Notes under the pieces: model-generated
Told to the model about the DNA's origin: nothing
Database searches by the model: none
Seen by the model: the letters and a program-made list of their open reading frames with translations, nothing else
Assembly: GCA_964035545.1 (NCBI GenBank)
Contig: OZ037769.1
Coordinates: forward strand, 3,515,929-3,579,928
Source: Bugula neritina
Taxonomy: Eukaryota; Animalia; Bryozoa
DNA: 64,000 nucleotides
Reading direction: 5' to 3'
Position numbers and translations under genes: made by a program
Shown: positions 1 through 13,200 of the stretch, in pieces
How positions within the stretch are numbered: position 1 is the stretch's first letter
Layout: every line of letters begins with the position of its first letter

Positions 1-1
1 T

Positions 2-217
2 GGCCGGTTTTTGTTGATAACAATTCCTTCATTAGCTCTACTGCATTATGGCTGGTTCAAACTGCAGTTTATGGAGGAGATTATTCCCGAAAGAGAGCGT
101 AAAGATGTGATAAGAGCTGGAGCTATACTGATTGACAAAGATCAGAATATTTCGCTGATAAAGCCAGGGGAAATGCTCATATCTCATGAATCTGACGATC
201 GAAAAGCTGGAAAGTAA
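2..217 (+). CDS. 3' part of a small uncharacterised protein with one hydrophobic segment (gene begins upstream of the window)
   Basis: Frame open from the window edge: GRFLLITIPSLALLHYGWFKLQ...AGK*. One TM-like stretch then a charged tail; AATAAA at ~504-509. No family assigned. Confidence 0.5.
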   Translation, partial: GRFLLITIPSLALLHYGWFKLQFMEEIIPERERKDVIRAGAILIDKDQNISLIKPGEMLISHESDDRKAGK

Positions 218-1525
218 ACAGAAAGCCCGTTCATTGTACATTATTATTATTATATAAATTAATGGCAGGTGCTGATGTTTTAAGCCTGTTGTGCTATTCC
301 AGAACTTTATCATAATGATATATTATTGTGTAAAGATGGCTTCTGTTGATGATAATATTGATCAAGGTAGAAGTTGTCTATCCAATTTCTCTACTGCTAA
401 GGAAAACATGTGTATAATGCTGCATATATTATTGGTGTGGTCCTAACCGTTTGCTTTATCAGCCTTATACGTCTAATATGTATAACCTTTAACTTTTAGT
501 ATAAATAAATTAAGAATAATTGATATAAAATTATTTTCAATTTTATTTGTTTGCATTTTATTTCATTTTCTAACTATAGACCAGTCTTGCAAATACTGTT
601 CTCTATTGAGAAAATTGAATAACTTGGGAGTTGGGTTATCTCAATTTCTCTACTACAACAACTAGTAACTGTATTAGGTATCATAAGAATATTATACATG
701 AATACTTGTCAGCTGGTAGTCATAATAATTATATGCTAGGCCCTCTGGGATTGCTAGAGTTCATTTTGTTCAATAAGCTAAATAGATTTCTATTATTCTA
801 GTTCAGATTTCAATTGATCGTTATGTCAACAAGTAGACAATAGTTGCCACTAGTAGAAAATAATAACCTGCTAGTACTAATACAGAGCGTTTGTCACGTG
901 ATAATCATTGCTGCTTCGATAATTGTCAACACCTATCATAGTTTCGTCACTGCTTTTCTACAGGTAAGTTTTATACTGTTGACATTGAATATATACTTTA
1001 CTAATGAATCTTGTACGTGCATCCTTATTCTATGTCACTATAAGCCCATGTCTTCTACATTCATTTACCAAGTACAACTTTCACCATAACTAGAACTGAG
1101 AATAATCAAGTCAAATACCAAATAGGTATACTGATTTATTTCCAATTTCCCTTCGCTAGACTATTGTTTGACCGCCAGGTTATTCAGCTAAAACTGTTTA
1201 CGATGCTTGAAAAATTGTTAACCTGAACAACCATTTGGCAGCTTGGATCATTTATTATTTTGAATATCTTATAATGTGTAATAATGGGCCATGTGCATTA
1301 GACACAACAATATGATGCTTAGATGTTCCAAAGCCACCAAAACTGTAAACTCAAGCTTCTTGCTTATTCCTTAGCAGTTTCCTATGCCATGACCTGTTTT
1401 GCAGCAAGTATTAACGCTTCACTGTGATATTGCATTGTTCATTTTTTCCTTTGCAGATTACCAGCCTGTGACTCTTAGGTATATAGAATGTGAAAGTTCC
1501 AAAAGCTCCAAGAACAACAAAGACC

Positions 1526-3670
1526 ATGTTTTCTGCTAAATACTCTTCATACGTATTTATCATATTTCTTACTGAATTTGTGAAACTTGCCGAGTGCGTT
1601 GAGAATGGTCATTGTACGATGGAGGGGGCATTATCAGTGGATACAGACTGGTACGGGTTTGAGCAAAAGTTTGTCTATGCGTCTCGTCAGATGGTGCAGT
1701 TTCGATATAACATAACGTACAGTCTTTATCACAACCTGGGTGATGAGCCTATAACTCTTATGCTGTACAGCATCAAAGTACACGATTCCTCAAGTGTGAG
1801 TATAGTTTATATATGATAAGCTTATTAGAAACTATTTTATTCCGTTTTAATATAATATTTTCTTAAATGTCTAGTTCTAGATTATCATGGCAGATGGCAG
1901 ATTATAGTTGTGGTTTCGGTTGTGATTATGGTTGAGTTTCTATTTTAAAATTACACGAGCATGATCCTTTTCATGTTGACATTTTTTTTAGAAACTCGGT
2001 ATTTCCATGTTCATTCAGATATATAACATAATTAGCAAGCCGTTTCTGTTTTTTTCTTTATATATTTTATAATTAGTCATCAAAAAGAAAAATAATATAT
2101 GTTGTATTAAATTCATGTTGCTAGAGCTACCTGCTACACAAGAACATGTAGGATTAAATTGATATAATTTGTTAAAGGAAAAGCAGGAAAAAGATCAACA
2201 TATATTTTTATGATATCTCCATTTGGCTAGATGATTCTGGTGTGTCTAAACTCTAAAATGTAGCTGATTGCTTCAAACTAAAATTTCCCACTATTAGAGT
2301 TTTGTAAGCTAAGGGCTGAGCTCTGATTCACTGTAACTTGTAGTCAGCTTGATCCACATTCAGACCAATAGCACTTTGGCAGCAGCCATTAGAAGTTTAG
2401 TAGCAACCGCTGCCTCATTCACCTAAAATGTTACTCATCTTGCACATACAGATGCTTTTTGCACATGGTTTCAATTTTTCATTAAATATTTGTTAGAAAT
2501 TTCTGAAGATTGTTGTATGGCTACTACTATAGGTTAATTCAACAGCAGACAAAGAAATAGCTTGATGCAACCTAAAGTTTGGAGTCACCAAGTGCAGTAG
2601 CTACCATTTGAAATTTGAACAGTTATTTATACACAAACACTGCACTCGGTGGCCCTAAACTTTGTGCTATATCTAGCGATTCAGTCATGCAAAAACAAAC
2701 TTTTGTTTAGAACTTTAGATGGTTGTAAGCAGCTATGATATACATGGTGTCAGTAAGCAGATGAACTGCAACACTATATATTCTGCATTAATTTCAACAG
2801 CAAGTAGTTTTTACCACTTACTGTGTTTTCTGCTAAATCTGTAGACGGAATCTCAACTAGCCTGCTCTGAGAGTGCGTTACAGACCGGCGACAGCTCCGA
2901 TACCACAAGAATACTAAAAACTGAGCTTTCTACACAAACCTTTTGGTCTGGCTGTGAAGATATTGGTTCACACAAAATCAGATGCATAGCTGGTCGAACT
3001 TTTATGACACAAAGTAATAGCACTTTCACCACCGTAGTCTCAAGGTAGGGTAAATTGCCTGTATACCAACTATCAATTTCATCTTATAAGTTTAATGAGT
3101 TTCCCTGGGAGTTGTCCCATCATCACTAAAAATGCTTATTTTCACAGCACTTGCTAGTTGCATAAACTAAGTTTAGCATTATATTAACAAAGTAATTTGT
3201 TGTACTATAGACTTCATTGCTGTTACCTGCTTCCGTGATTGCCGGTATAATATCGTACCCCGTGCATGCATATGAAAAAGCATGTATATTGAATTATACT
3301 TGAATTTCCTACTTACTTTGAATTAATAACAAGCTGCAATATTATATATTTTCATGTAATGCAATACTTAAGTTATTTCTATATGCTTATATATAGATGC
3401 GGGGCTCGCAATATCGAAATTGAACATTATCAGATAGGATTTACAGGCTACGAAGGTAAATGTGAAGGAACATTGTTATTCAGCTCAACCCCCAAGCCAA
3501 AACTGGACAACAGTCTACTTATTGTTACAATCGTCTGTATAATCAACTCAGTAATCATATTGCTAGTGATCATTTATTTGATATGTCGGAAATGGCGAAT
3601 GCGAAAAGAGTCTATACAGTTTTCAGATGACATTGCACTAAGTTCAAGGTCATCGAGTTTGATGGCATAG
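1526..3670 (+). CDS. Single-pass type I membrane protein (~247 aa) with a TMEM145/GPR180-like N-terminal luminal (GOLD-like) domain
   Basis: Phase-consistent GT-AG exons 1526-1795, 2845-3044, 3397-3670; likely non-coding exon ending at donor CAG|GTAAG 963/964, acceptor at 1456. Signal peptide (YVFIIFLTEFVKLAEC). Motifs GALSVDTDW..F, TQTFWSGC, IRCIAGRTF, VVSRCG..IEIEHY..FTG parallel recalled TMEM145 GNLSSKEDW, TQYAWSGC, LSCSSGRSF, ALSKCG..LQLEY..LTNG. One TM (LLIVTIVCIINSVIILLVIIYLIC), basic stop-transfer RKWRMRK, AATAAA ~3985. Confidence 0.75.
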
Positions 3671-4065
3671 AATTGTCTTCCCAAATCATTATGTAAGAGA
3701 AATATGCCAGCAAACTAATACCACCAAGGTGCTACTAGCAAGAACTACTAGCTTGCTGTCTAAAGTTTTCAATATCTTCCTTATTTTATATTCTAGTTTT
3801 TCTTATTTGTATTTAACCTTTTTATGAGCTCACAAGTACAATATTTATGTATACTTGCTACCATTTATTTTTCTTCTTACCAATCTCCGTCTCGTTCTGT
3901 TCGGGTAGCTGGACTTGCCACCATTTATGTTACTTGTTTATTTGCATGCTGATGGCTCATCAAAAGTGGAAGTAAATTATTCCAAATAAAAGTATATTAT
4001 TTTATCAGTGCCAGATAACTTTATTAGAATTGTATAACTGTAAATTTTACACATGTTCGTTGTGA

Positions 4066-6940
4066 CAATAGAGGGGTTTCAGACATCCCTCCAGAGGAAT
4101 TTGTATTTTAAAGTTGTCTCCCCCTACAGGTATTAGGGGCAGTCTCAATGATATATAGAAGGCCCATAAAATAAGTAGAGATGTATGGTTTGAGTGAAGA
4201 CTACTACTAGTATAAGTTTCATTTTTTCTGAGATTAATATTTTGGCATAGGTACACATATGAGCAGTTTCAAAAAAATTTTAAAAATTTTTGTTAATGAT
4301 AAATGGCACAAAAAGAAAACTTCAAAGCATATTTGTGGTTTTGGTTATTGAGCAAATCTGAAGCTGGCAGCTGTCATTATTATTTGCTTTGCTGACTGTA
4401 ACCAGTCTGGTTAGAGCTGCTAACCTTTCAACTCTTAGAACAATAATAACATGCTCGTACACTATATAGCTGCACTAGTGGGCTCTGTCTTACTGAACTC
4501 CAAATGCTCCAAATTATGGGTTGGAACACATGCCTGTACGTTTATGAAGGCACTGGCTCATTTGTATTAACATGTTCACGTACTTACACACCTATACTAT
4601 GAAAATAACTAAGCCACCCTACTATCTAATATTTCTATATATCAAAAAAATTATTATAAATATAAAGATATGTATTAAAATAGATAGATTAAATTTGTAA
4701 TTTCAAACAACATCTTATCTAAAAATGCCAAACACTGTATAACTATATATATTTTTTAAAAGCATTTGTTTACATGGCATGCCTGCAAGTCAATGAAAAT
4801 ATTTAGAGAACAGTAAAAAGAAGCATATAAATTTCAGAATAGTTTCTTCTTTTCTGAGATGAATATTTTGGAAATGTCCCACCATTCAACATTTAAATTA
4901 ATTTCTGTAAAAAAAATTTCACAGTGTATTTTCAATAAATAACTATTCTTGCAAGCTGTTTGTATACCAACATTCCTAATAAAGAAATGTTTTTGGAGCA
5001 TTGTAAATTGTATACTGCTGCATTGCAGAAAAAAAATCATCAAAAAAAAGCACTTTTCAGCCAAAGCAACTTATTTTGTTTTCAAAAAAAAGTTGAAATG
5101 TACATTTAGTACCAGCTGTAAAGTATAGAAAGAACGAACTATGTCATAATGACTGCATTCTTATGACACTAATAAAATTAAGATTGGCTTTACTCCATAC
5201 GGATATTGCTCAAAGGTGGAGTTCTAAATAATGCTACTAAGTTTCACTAAATTCCCAGCTAATACTTTTTATATCAAATCATTTGGCTTTACTGATTTAG
5301 CTATATTATGTACATTTTGTACTTATTTATCTCTAGGTCAGTTTTCAGCCATATATTTGACCGCATTGCTATACTTCCTTTGTGCCAGCATTCTCTCCTT
5401 TATATCTTTTCTGTGGTTTCTAATAATTTTCAGTGGTATGTCACTGTATGTAAACTATGTGAACCATCAGGCTATCTCTTATACAATGCATGCTGCTACA
5501 AGAATAACAGCAGCTGTTTTGTATTCAATCAACCTCGTTGCAAGAATTTTGTTTGCTTGAAGCTCTCTGTTGAGTAGCTGTCTCTATATTACATAACTGC
5601 TTATTCAAGAAAGTGCACGATGAGAACTGTCCAACTTTAGCTGTCTAACTTAAATTACATTATATAGGATTACATCACTACATAATAAGCTGATTAAACA
5701 ACACATATAAATCGGCCAAAAACACCACACACTTGACTAGCTCTAGTTTGACTCATTTATATTTCGAGTTTTTCACATTACTTGAACACGCTTTAGCCAA
5801 TTTGTTGCATTATTTTTTAATCCATACATGTAATACAAAGATTTAGTATATTATTTCTTAGGTTTGGATTGTCTAATAGGCAGGTATCGCAGATATTTAA
5901 TCAGACTGCGAAGTTGCTTAGAGAAGCTCTAAATCCAATGATAGTATTTTATCAACACAAGGAGGTTAATAAAACAATTCCACCTCAATGAACTTTGACC
6001 TAGTTAACTAGACCACTGTAAAATGGCATGCCAGAACAAACACAAACCAGCTTGCAAGAATAATTATTCATTGAAAATACATTGCGAGAAATTCTTTTAC
6101 AGACTTAATTTAAATGTTGAATTGTGGGACATTTCCAAAATATTTATCTCAGAAAAGAAGAAACTATTCTGAAATTTATATGCTTCTTTTTACTGTTCTT
6201 TAAATATTTCCATTGACTTGCAGGCATGCCATGTAAACAAATGCTTTTAAAAAATATATATAGTTATACAGTGTTTGGCATTTTTAGATAAGATGTTGTT
6301 TGAAATTACAAATTTAATCTATCTATTTTAATACATATCTTTATATTTATAATAATTTTTTTGATATATAGAAATATTAGATAGTAGGGTGGCTTAGTTA
6401 TTTTCATAGTATAGGTGTGTAAGTACGTGAACATGTTAATACAAATGAGCCAGTGCCTTCATAAACGTACAGGCATGTGTTCCAACCCATAATTTGGAGC
6501 ATTTGGAGTTCAGTAAGACAGAGCCCACTAGTGCAGCTATATAGTGTACGAGCATGTTATTATTGTTCTAAGAGTTGAAAGGTTAGCAGCTCTAACCAGA
6601 CTGGTTACAGTCAGCAAAGCAAATAATAATGACAGCTGCCAGCTTCAGATTTGCTCAATAACCAAAACCACAAATATGCTTTGAAGTTTTCTTTTTGTAC
6701 CATTTATCATTAACAAAATTTTTTAAAAAATTTTTGAAACTGCTCATATGTGTACCTATGCCAAAATATTAATCTCAGAAAAAATGAAACTTATACTAGT
6801 AGTAGTCTTCACTCAAACCTTACATCTTTACTTATTTTATGGGCCTTCTATATATCATTGAGACTGCCCCTAATACCTGTAGGGGGAGACAACTTTAAAA
6901 TACAAATTCCTCTGGAGGGATGTCTGAAACCCCTCTATTG
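4066..6940. mobile_element. Non-autonomous foldback DNA transposon with ~890-bp terminal inverted repeats and 4-bp TSD
   Basis: 4066-~4958 is the reverse complement of ~6048-6940 (termini CAATAGAGGGG...CCCCTCTATTG). GTGA flanks both ends (4062-4065, 6941-6944). Mirror ORFs 4047-4256(-) and 6750-6944(+). The ~1.1-kb spacer has no transposase ORF. Confidence 0.92.
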
Positions 6941-7267
6941 GTGAATTAAAACGCATTCAGATCCAACTTGCATAAATAGAAGAAAACAAAGCTAAGGATA
7001 CAGTGAACTGTTATGAGTTGTTAATTTGGAAAATTTATCGTTTATTTATCTGAGAAAGAAGAAAGACAGATAATTTATTAGATATGGACATGATAGTTGA
7101 AATACACTATAAAAGCAGCATACATAGAGAGAACAAAGTAAAGCATTTCAGCTGACAATCCAGAGGTAGATATCAGTTGGTGCTGCGTTACTGTTGCACA
7201 CGAAATCACTTGCCATCAGTTAAACAGTTTTAGTTTCTAATGTTGGCACACTGATTAGTACTCGACT

Positions 7268-10200
7268 CTATTTACTAGCTCCAACAAGCTTCTTTAGACC
7301 TTCAGTGCTCATAGACTTGGGTCTTTCCAGAGGTAGCCCGAGAGCTCTGTCCCAAATAAGTGAGGAGAGGACACCGAGGGCTCTCGATACGCCAAACAGC
7401 ACTGTGTAGTAGTTCATCTCTGTCATTCCATAGTACTGCAAGAGAAAAGGGCCGCTAACTACCAACCCACAACTAATGACACAGTAGAACCCCAGCTAAT
7501 GGCTCACTGCAGCACATGCGCCAGCGAGAACAGTTTCTGTACCTTGTTTTAGCTTCAGTGAAGTTGTTTATAGGAGCATCCAGCTCTTGGTTACTAAATA
7601 TTATACTATCTACTACACTTAGTATATACTACATTCAGTATATACAACACTATATACTACACTATATGCTATATACTACTCTATGCCATATGCTATATAC
7701 GACAATTTACTATACTATAAACTATATGATATAGCTATAACTGCGGTACTACTATAGCTACAGAACACATGAGTATACAATGTTAAAAATACACATGTTA
7801 AGTAGAATACCTGAAGAAGGACACCACTGTGGGCATCTACATTTGGCCAGGGGTTGGCAGCCTTGCCATGTTCCCTGAGTACATCTGGTACGATGTTGTA
7901 GAGCTGAGACACCAGGTGGAACATGGGGTCATCAGGGAGGTGTTTGAGAGCAAACTCTCTCTGTACCATGTATCGGGGATCAGTCTTTCTGAGTACAGCA
8001 TGTCCGTAGCCAGGAATAACCTAAACAGTGAGGATAAGAGTAGTGCAGGGGTGTAGCAACAGTAAAGGAGGGGGACTAGATATTTGTTACTGAAGCACAT
8101 GAGTTTAGCTAGTAAGTTTGAATAGTCAATTAAATGTGAATTTTACAGAGCCATCTTCAAACACAACTCTGCAATACATTAACACTTGGCAGAGTCTTAA
8201 GATTATACACTACAAATTAATTACCAAGTCATTCAACCAATACTGTACCTCTTTTCACCACTGTTACAGATTGCTACTGCTACTACAGATTGCTACTGTT
8301 ACTACAGATTACTACTGTTACTACAGATTGCTACTGTTACTACAGATTGCTACTGTTACTACAGATTGCTACTGTTACTACAGATTACTACTGTTACTAC
8401 AGATTACTACTGTTACTACAGGTTGCTACTGAATGCTACTAGTACTACAGAATGTTACTACAGGTTGCTACTGTTACTACAGATTGCTACTGTTACTACA
8501 GATTGCTACTGTTACTACAGATTGCTACTGTTACTACAGATTACTACTGTTACTACAGATTACTACTGTTACTACAGGTTGCTACTGTTACTACAGAATG
8601 CTACTAGTACTACAGAATGTTACTACAGATTGCTACTGTTACTACAGAGATGTACATGTAAGAGAGACATACCCCAGTTTTCAGTGTCTCCCACACAAAC
8701 TCTTTCAGCTCATCGTCGGTGAAGCTGCTGTGTTCACTGTGAACTTTATTCAACCAGATAAGTACTTCCTGATTGGCCAATCCATGAAGAGGTCCGGCCA
8801 ATCCGTTCATGGAGGCAGCGAAAGATAGATATGGGTCACTGAGTGCCGAGCCGACCAGATGGCAGGTGTGGGCGCTGACGTTGCCACCCTCATGGTCTCT
8901 ACAGAACACAAACTACAACTGTGGAAACAAGGCTAACAAATAGGACGACTCCAACTATTTGCTTTGAGAGATGAATAACAAATCAAAGATAAGTCATGAG
9001 GTTATTTGTAATGAGATAAACCAGGTAAAAGCGAATGTTTACATACTGAATCAAAAACACATACATACCTACATACTACCTAGTAAGCCAGGCATTGTGT
9101 GGATAAGCCTATATCAGCAGAGAAGTAAGAATAGGCACATACAAGTGTATAAGCACTAATAAGCACATATGTGTGAATAAGCACTAATAAGCACGTACGT
9201 GTGGATAAGCAAGAATAAGCACATACGTGTGGATGGTGAGGTAGAGTCTCATCAGCTCTGTGAAGTCTTTATTGTCATAGCCTAACATCTTAACAAAGTT
9301 AGCAGACCAGTCCAGGTCTGGGTCTATAGGAGCCACCTTACCGTCTCTATACAGATTCCTGTAGATTATTGAGGCTACAGTTGGCAACTTTGCTATGAGG
9401 TTCATGGTATCTTCATATGCGTACTAAAATGCAATAATACAAAACTTTTCAACAGTCAAAACTTCATTTGAATGACGGTACACAGACACTTAATAGCGCC
9501 AACTTACCACTGTATGTACTGTACAGAGAATAGAGATTTCTTATACATTATACACAAGTGTATGCACATATAAAGTAGTATAGGAATATTCTCTGTGTGT
9601 GTGTGTGTCTGACCTGCCAATACTCTGACTTCTTCACTCCGTCAGCATACGCTTTACTGAAGAGACTCTCCGTGCTGAGAGCGTTGCAGGCAGCACTGAG
9701 TTGCGCCATAGGATGCACCGTGGCGGGGAAATTATTCAACATGGTGACAACATGGGTGGGGACGTCCGCCCTGTCTGCCCATTCCTACAGAAGAAATGGT
9801 GTGTAGGTACTCAGTCTAATACTTGCTCTTTCTAAATGTCACCATACATGGATACAATGTACTAAGTAGAAGTAGAACTATGAACATAAGATAGATTAAG
9901 TAGAATAAAACTAGTTTCTAGCAATGACCGCTGAACAAATCTAATCTCTTCAACTATAATGAGTCTGAACAATCGAGTGCAATTTTAATACACAATGAGC
10001 TCTAGCTTGTCTAGACAGCAAATAAGTCTCACCTTTGAGATGGCCTTGGTCTGTGCCTCCGTGGGAATATCTCCCGTACACAGGAGCCAGAAGAGAGCCT
10101 CGGGAAGGGGCTCAGCACCTCCGGCTGCTTTTGGTAGTTTCTCCTGACATTCAGAAATGCTGTAGCCTCTGAATCTGATGCCTTCATCAGCGTCAAGGAC

Positions 10201-13200
10201 ACTGGTTTCAGTTACCAGCCCCTTCATTCCCCTCATCCCTCCGTACATCTACAGATAATATGAGTGTTCAGCTGTCACCACGCAAACACTCACTTTAATT
10301 CATTAGCTAAATCGAGAAGAAATCTAACTGGTTGGTAAATTATCATTACCAACTGCAATTCCAGTTTAAAAAACTTGCTAATGATAAATAATTATAGTTA
10401 TTTTTCAAAACTTATTTTCAAATACGAATTGAATTCTCAATTGAGGCTTCAACTGTTGGACAGAAAAAATTGCATTATTAAATTGGCATCGCAACTAATA
10501 TTTATCTAATGCTGAAACCCCAAACACAAAAAATTTAAATTATCAAGAGTAAAAATTGTAACTTCTTCCATTGATTGCATAAAACACTGCCTGAACCAAA
10601 ATGTTAAGTATGTACAATTTCTTATCTGTGAATTCCACAGTCCATAAAACAAACTGCATGCATAGTAAGGACACCTGCAGGTAGCAAAGTCCAAAGTCCA
10701 TTCATTGGGCTATCATAGAGCAGTTAAAACTACATAAACTAGGTACTGGCTAAATTTCAGTTCTTAATGACAACTTCAAGCTGTGTCTAAGATGGTTGAT
10801 AACAGCTATTAATGTATGGCCCTACATGATTTATCACAGAATAAATGATGCTGGTATACAGTAGAAACCTGCTACCGGTACAGGACAAAGTGGAGATAGG
10901 TGAGAATAGGTGAGAGAATAGCGAGCTAGTATGATGTGGATATGCAGTTGTCACGAGCTGGTAGAATTGTACCTTTTTGAACACAAGAGTGATTTGATAC
11001 TGGTAGACATTGCTACTTTACCAAAAATTGGTTTGGCTAAAGTAATATTTCTGTTGGGCTAAAGCGTGACGTTTTTGTTCAACCAATGTGTGACATCTGT
11101 GACAAGTGTAGTTCCCTTTGACTCACTCACCATGTTCACTGTGATATCTCCAACCTTAGCATCTCCATACTCCTTCCTGAATGAGGCCACTTCTTGCTGA
11201 AACGCCGGAACCTTCTCACCGAGAACTGTTTTCAGATCCTAAGCACATCAGGACAAATATACAACATAGATGTATAACGGCTGTTCAATATATTTTCATC
11301 ATAACACATATTGCTTAAAATATTCCCCATTCAGCAGACGTTACAGAACCCTAGCAGACAGGTTATCTAGTGACCCCTGAACTATGACCTTTAAGGTCAC
11401 TAGCTATCAACACACACATCACACCTGACTTACTGTGGAGGATGAAGAGCTGTGTCTGGTGGTATATGAGGCAGCAGCTGGTATGCATCTCTGTAAGATT
11501 ACAAGAAAATTATATGACAGCAGAGGTAACCTATTCACCATTCAGTAAAAAATAACTGTGAATAAAATCATCATTAGCAAAACTCAAACTTTTATCATGA
11601 GATTTCCTACCAGCAGAGCATGAACGGTTATTATATTAGCTTTCAGTTGCAAGTATGCTGGATAAAAGTTTCTAACAAGATTCATGAGATTCACTGTGTT
11701 ACAGTTAAACAAAAACAAGCCATTGTAAAGTAATTTAGTGGTGAATAATAAAACATAACTATTAAAGTAAACTAAAATTAATTACAATGCCTAAATTAAA
11801 ATAACCCTATTCAAATTGACCATCAAATCTGAGATTAACAAAGAATAAAATTGATTGAACTCTTGAACATAAATAAGTTCCTTGTCAAAACTGTTTAATC
11901 AACTTGATATATTAACTAATTAAACTGATAGATTTGACTAGGGTGCTTGACTTTCTGCAAACTGCCCACATTTGGGTATGTGAACATCCGAGACCAGCTA
12001 CCTTAAGCTTAGAACTTATAGTAAGCTGCATGGTTTAGACTCTTGCTTCATATACAGATAAAAATGAATTAAATAGTTTATCAACGTTCACTGTTCTAGT
12101 TGATTTTGGTTTATTAAAACATATGCTAATATTGCTACAATTATTCACTAGAAATATATTGAAACTAGTGCAGCATAGTTAAATTTCTATCTTTATGAAA
12201 ATTTCTATTCTTTTGAAGTTTAACTGCAGCAGGTTGAAAGTAAACTGAATGCACTTGAACTTACCAATTTCTAACAGTCACTGTAGTCTATTAGTATTAA
12301 AAGTAAGCAGTTAGTAACATGTATTTTAGTAATTTGAATGCCAATTCAAATTTATATTATTCATGTTGATTCGTATGTTGATACTTGAGTGGCTATACTT
12401 AGAAACATATAATTATTTGAGTTGCATGTGGAAGATGATGGAAGATGAAGTGTAATATAAGTGTGATTGGAACCCTTTACAAAACTGAAATAAGCCCCTA
12501 TGACTTGGCCACTAAACACTGAATCAGTCCTAATAAATGCACACAGTTAATCTTAATAGTGACTGCTAGTGTTACTGTTATATTGCTGATGACCAGTTTT
12601 GTGATCACACTCACAATGCATACAGTAAGAATAATACTAAAGCTACATTGATATTAACTCTACACTATAGGCACATTTAAACATGTGCTAGTATTTTACA
12701 ACTAAAAGCTAAAAATTAGCTAAAATCAGCTAAAATAAGTCATGATAAAAATTAAAACATAGAAATATTAATTCTCTCAAAATGGGTTTAAGTGAGTAAA
12801 CTCTCTTATCATTAGCCAGTTATTGTGAATGTGATCACATTTATTACCTCTAACAGTAACTCTAAGACTAAACCTAAAAGTAACTCACTAACAGTAACTG
12901 TAACTACAACTGCAAGCCAAAGTAAAAATTCTACCACTAAGCCTAATGAATAATGCCACAATGACTAATCACTAATTAGCAAGACTAAATCTAAAGACAG
13001 TAGACAGTAACTGCAAGCCAACAAATAGCAAGTAGCAATTCTGCGACTTAGAAGTATTTCGTAGACCAAAACTAACCCTGAGAGTAAGACGAAGACTAAG
13101 AGTAACAGCAACGCCAACTCTAAGAGTAACAATAGCACTAACACTAACACCGTAGGCGTAACTGTAAAACTAAGCAGTAATTCACAGTGTAACTCTTAGT

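Noticed and set aside
4047-6944. Near-identical ORFs MYLCQNINLRK... on opposite strands, and ORFs 5231-5577
   Set aside because: By-products of the transposon's inverted repeats and AT-rich spacer; no transposase or other motif.
8118-8828. Repetitive ORFs ([19 protein letters not shown])
   Set aside because: Translations of the 19-bp minisatellite, antisense to CS.
12965-13150. Leu-rich TM-like ORF
   Set aside because: Artefact of the 6-bp-periodic intronic tract.
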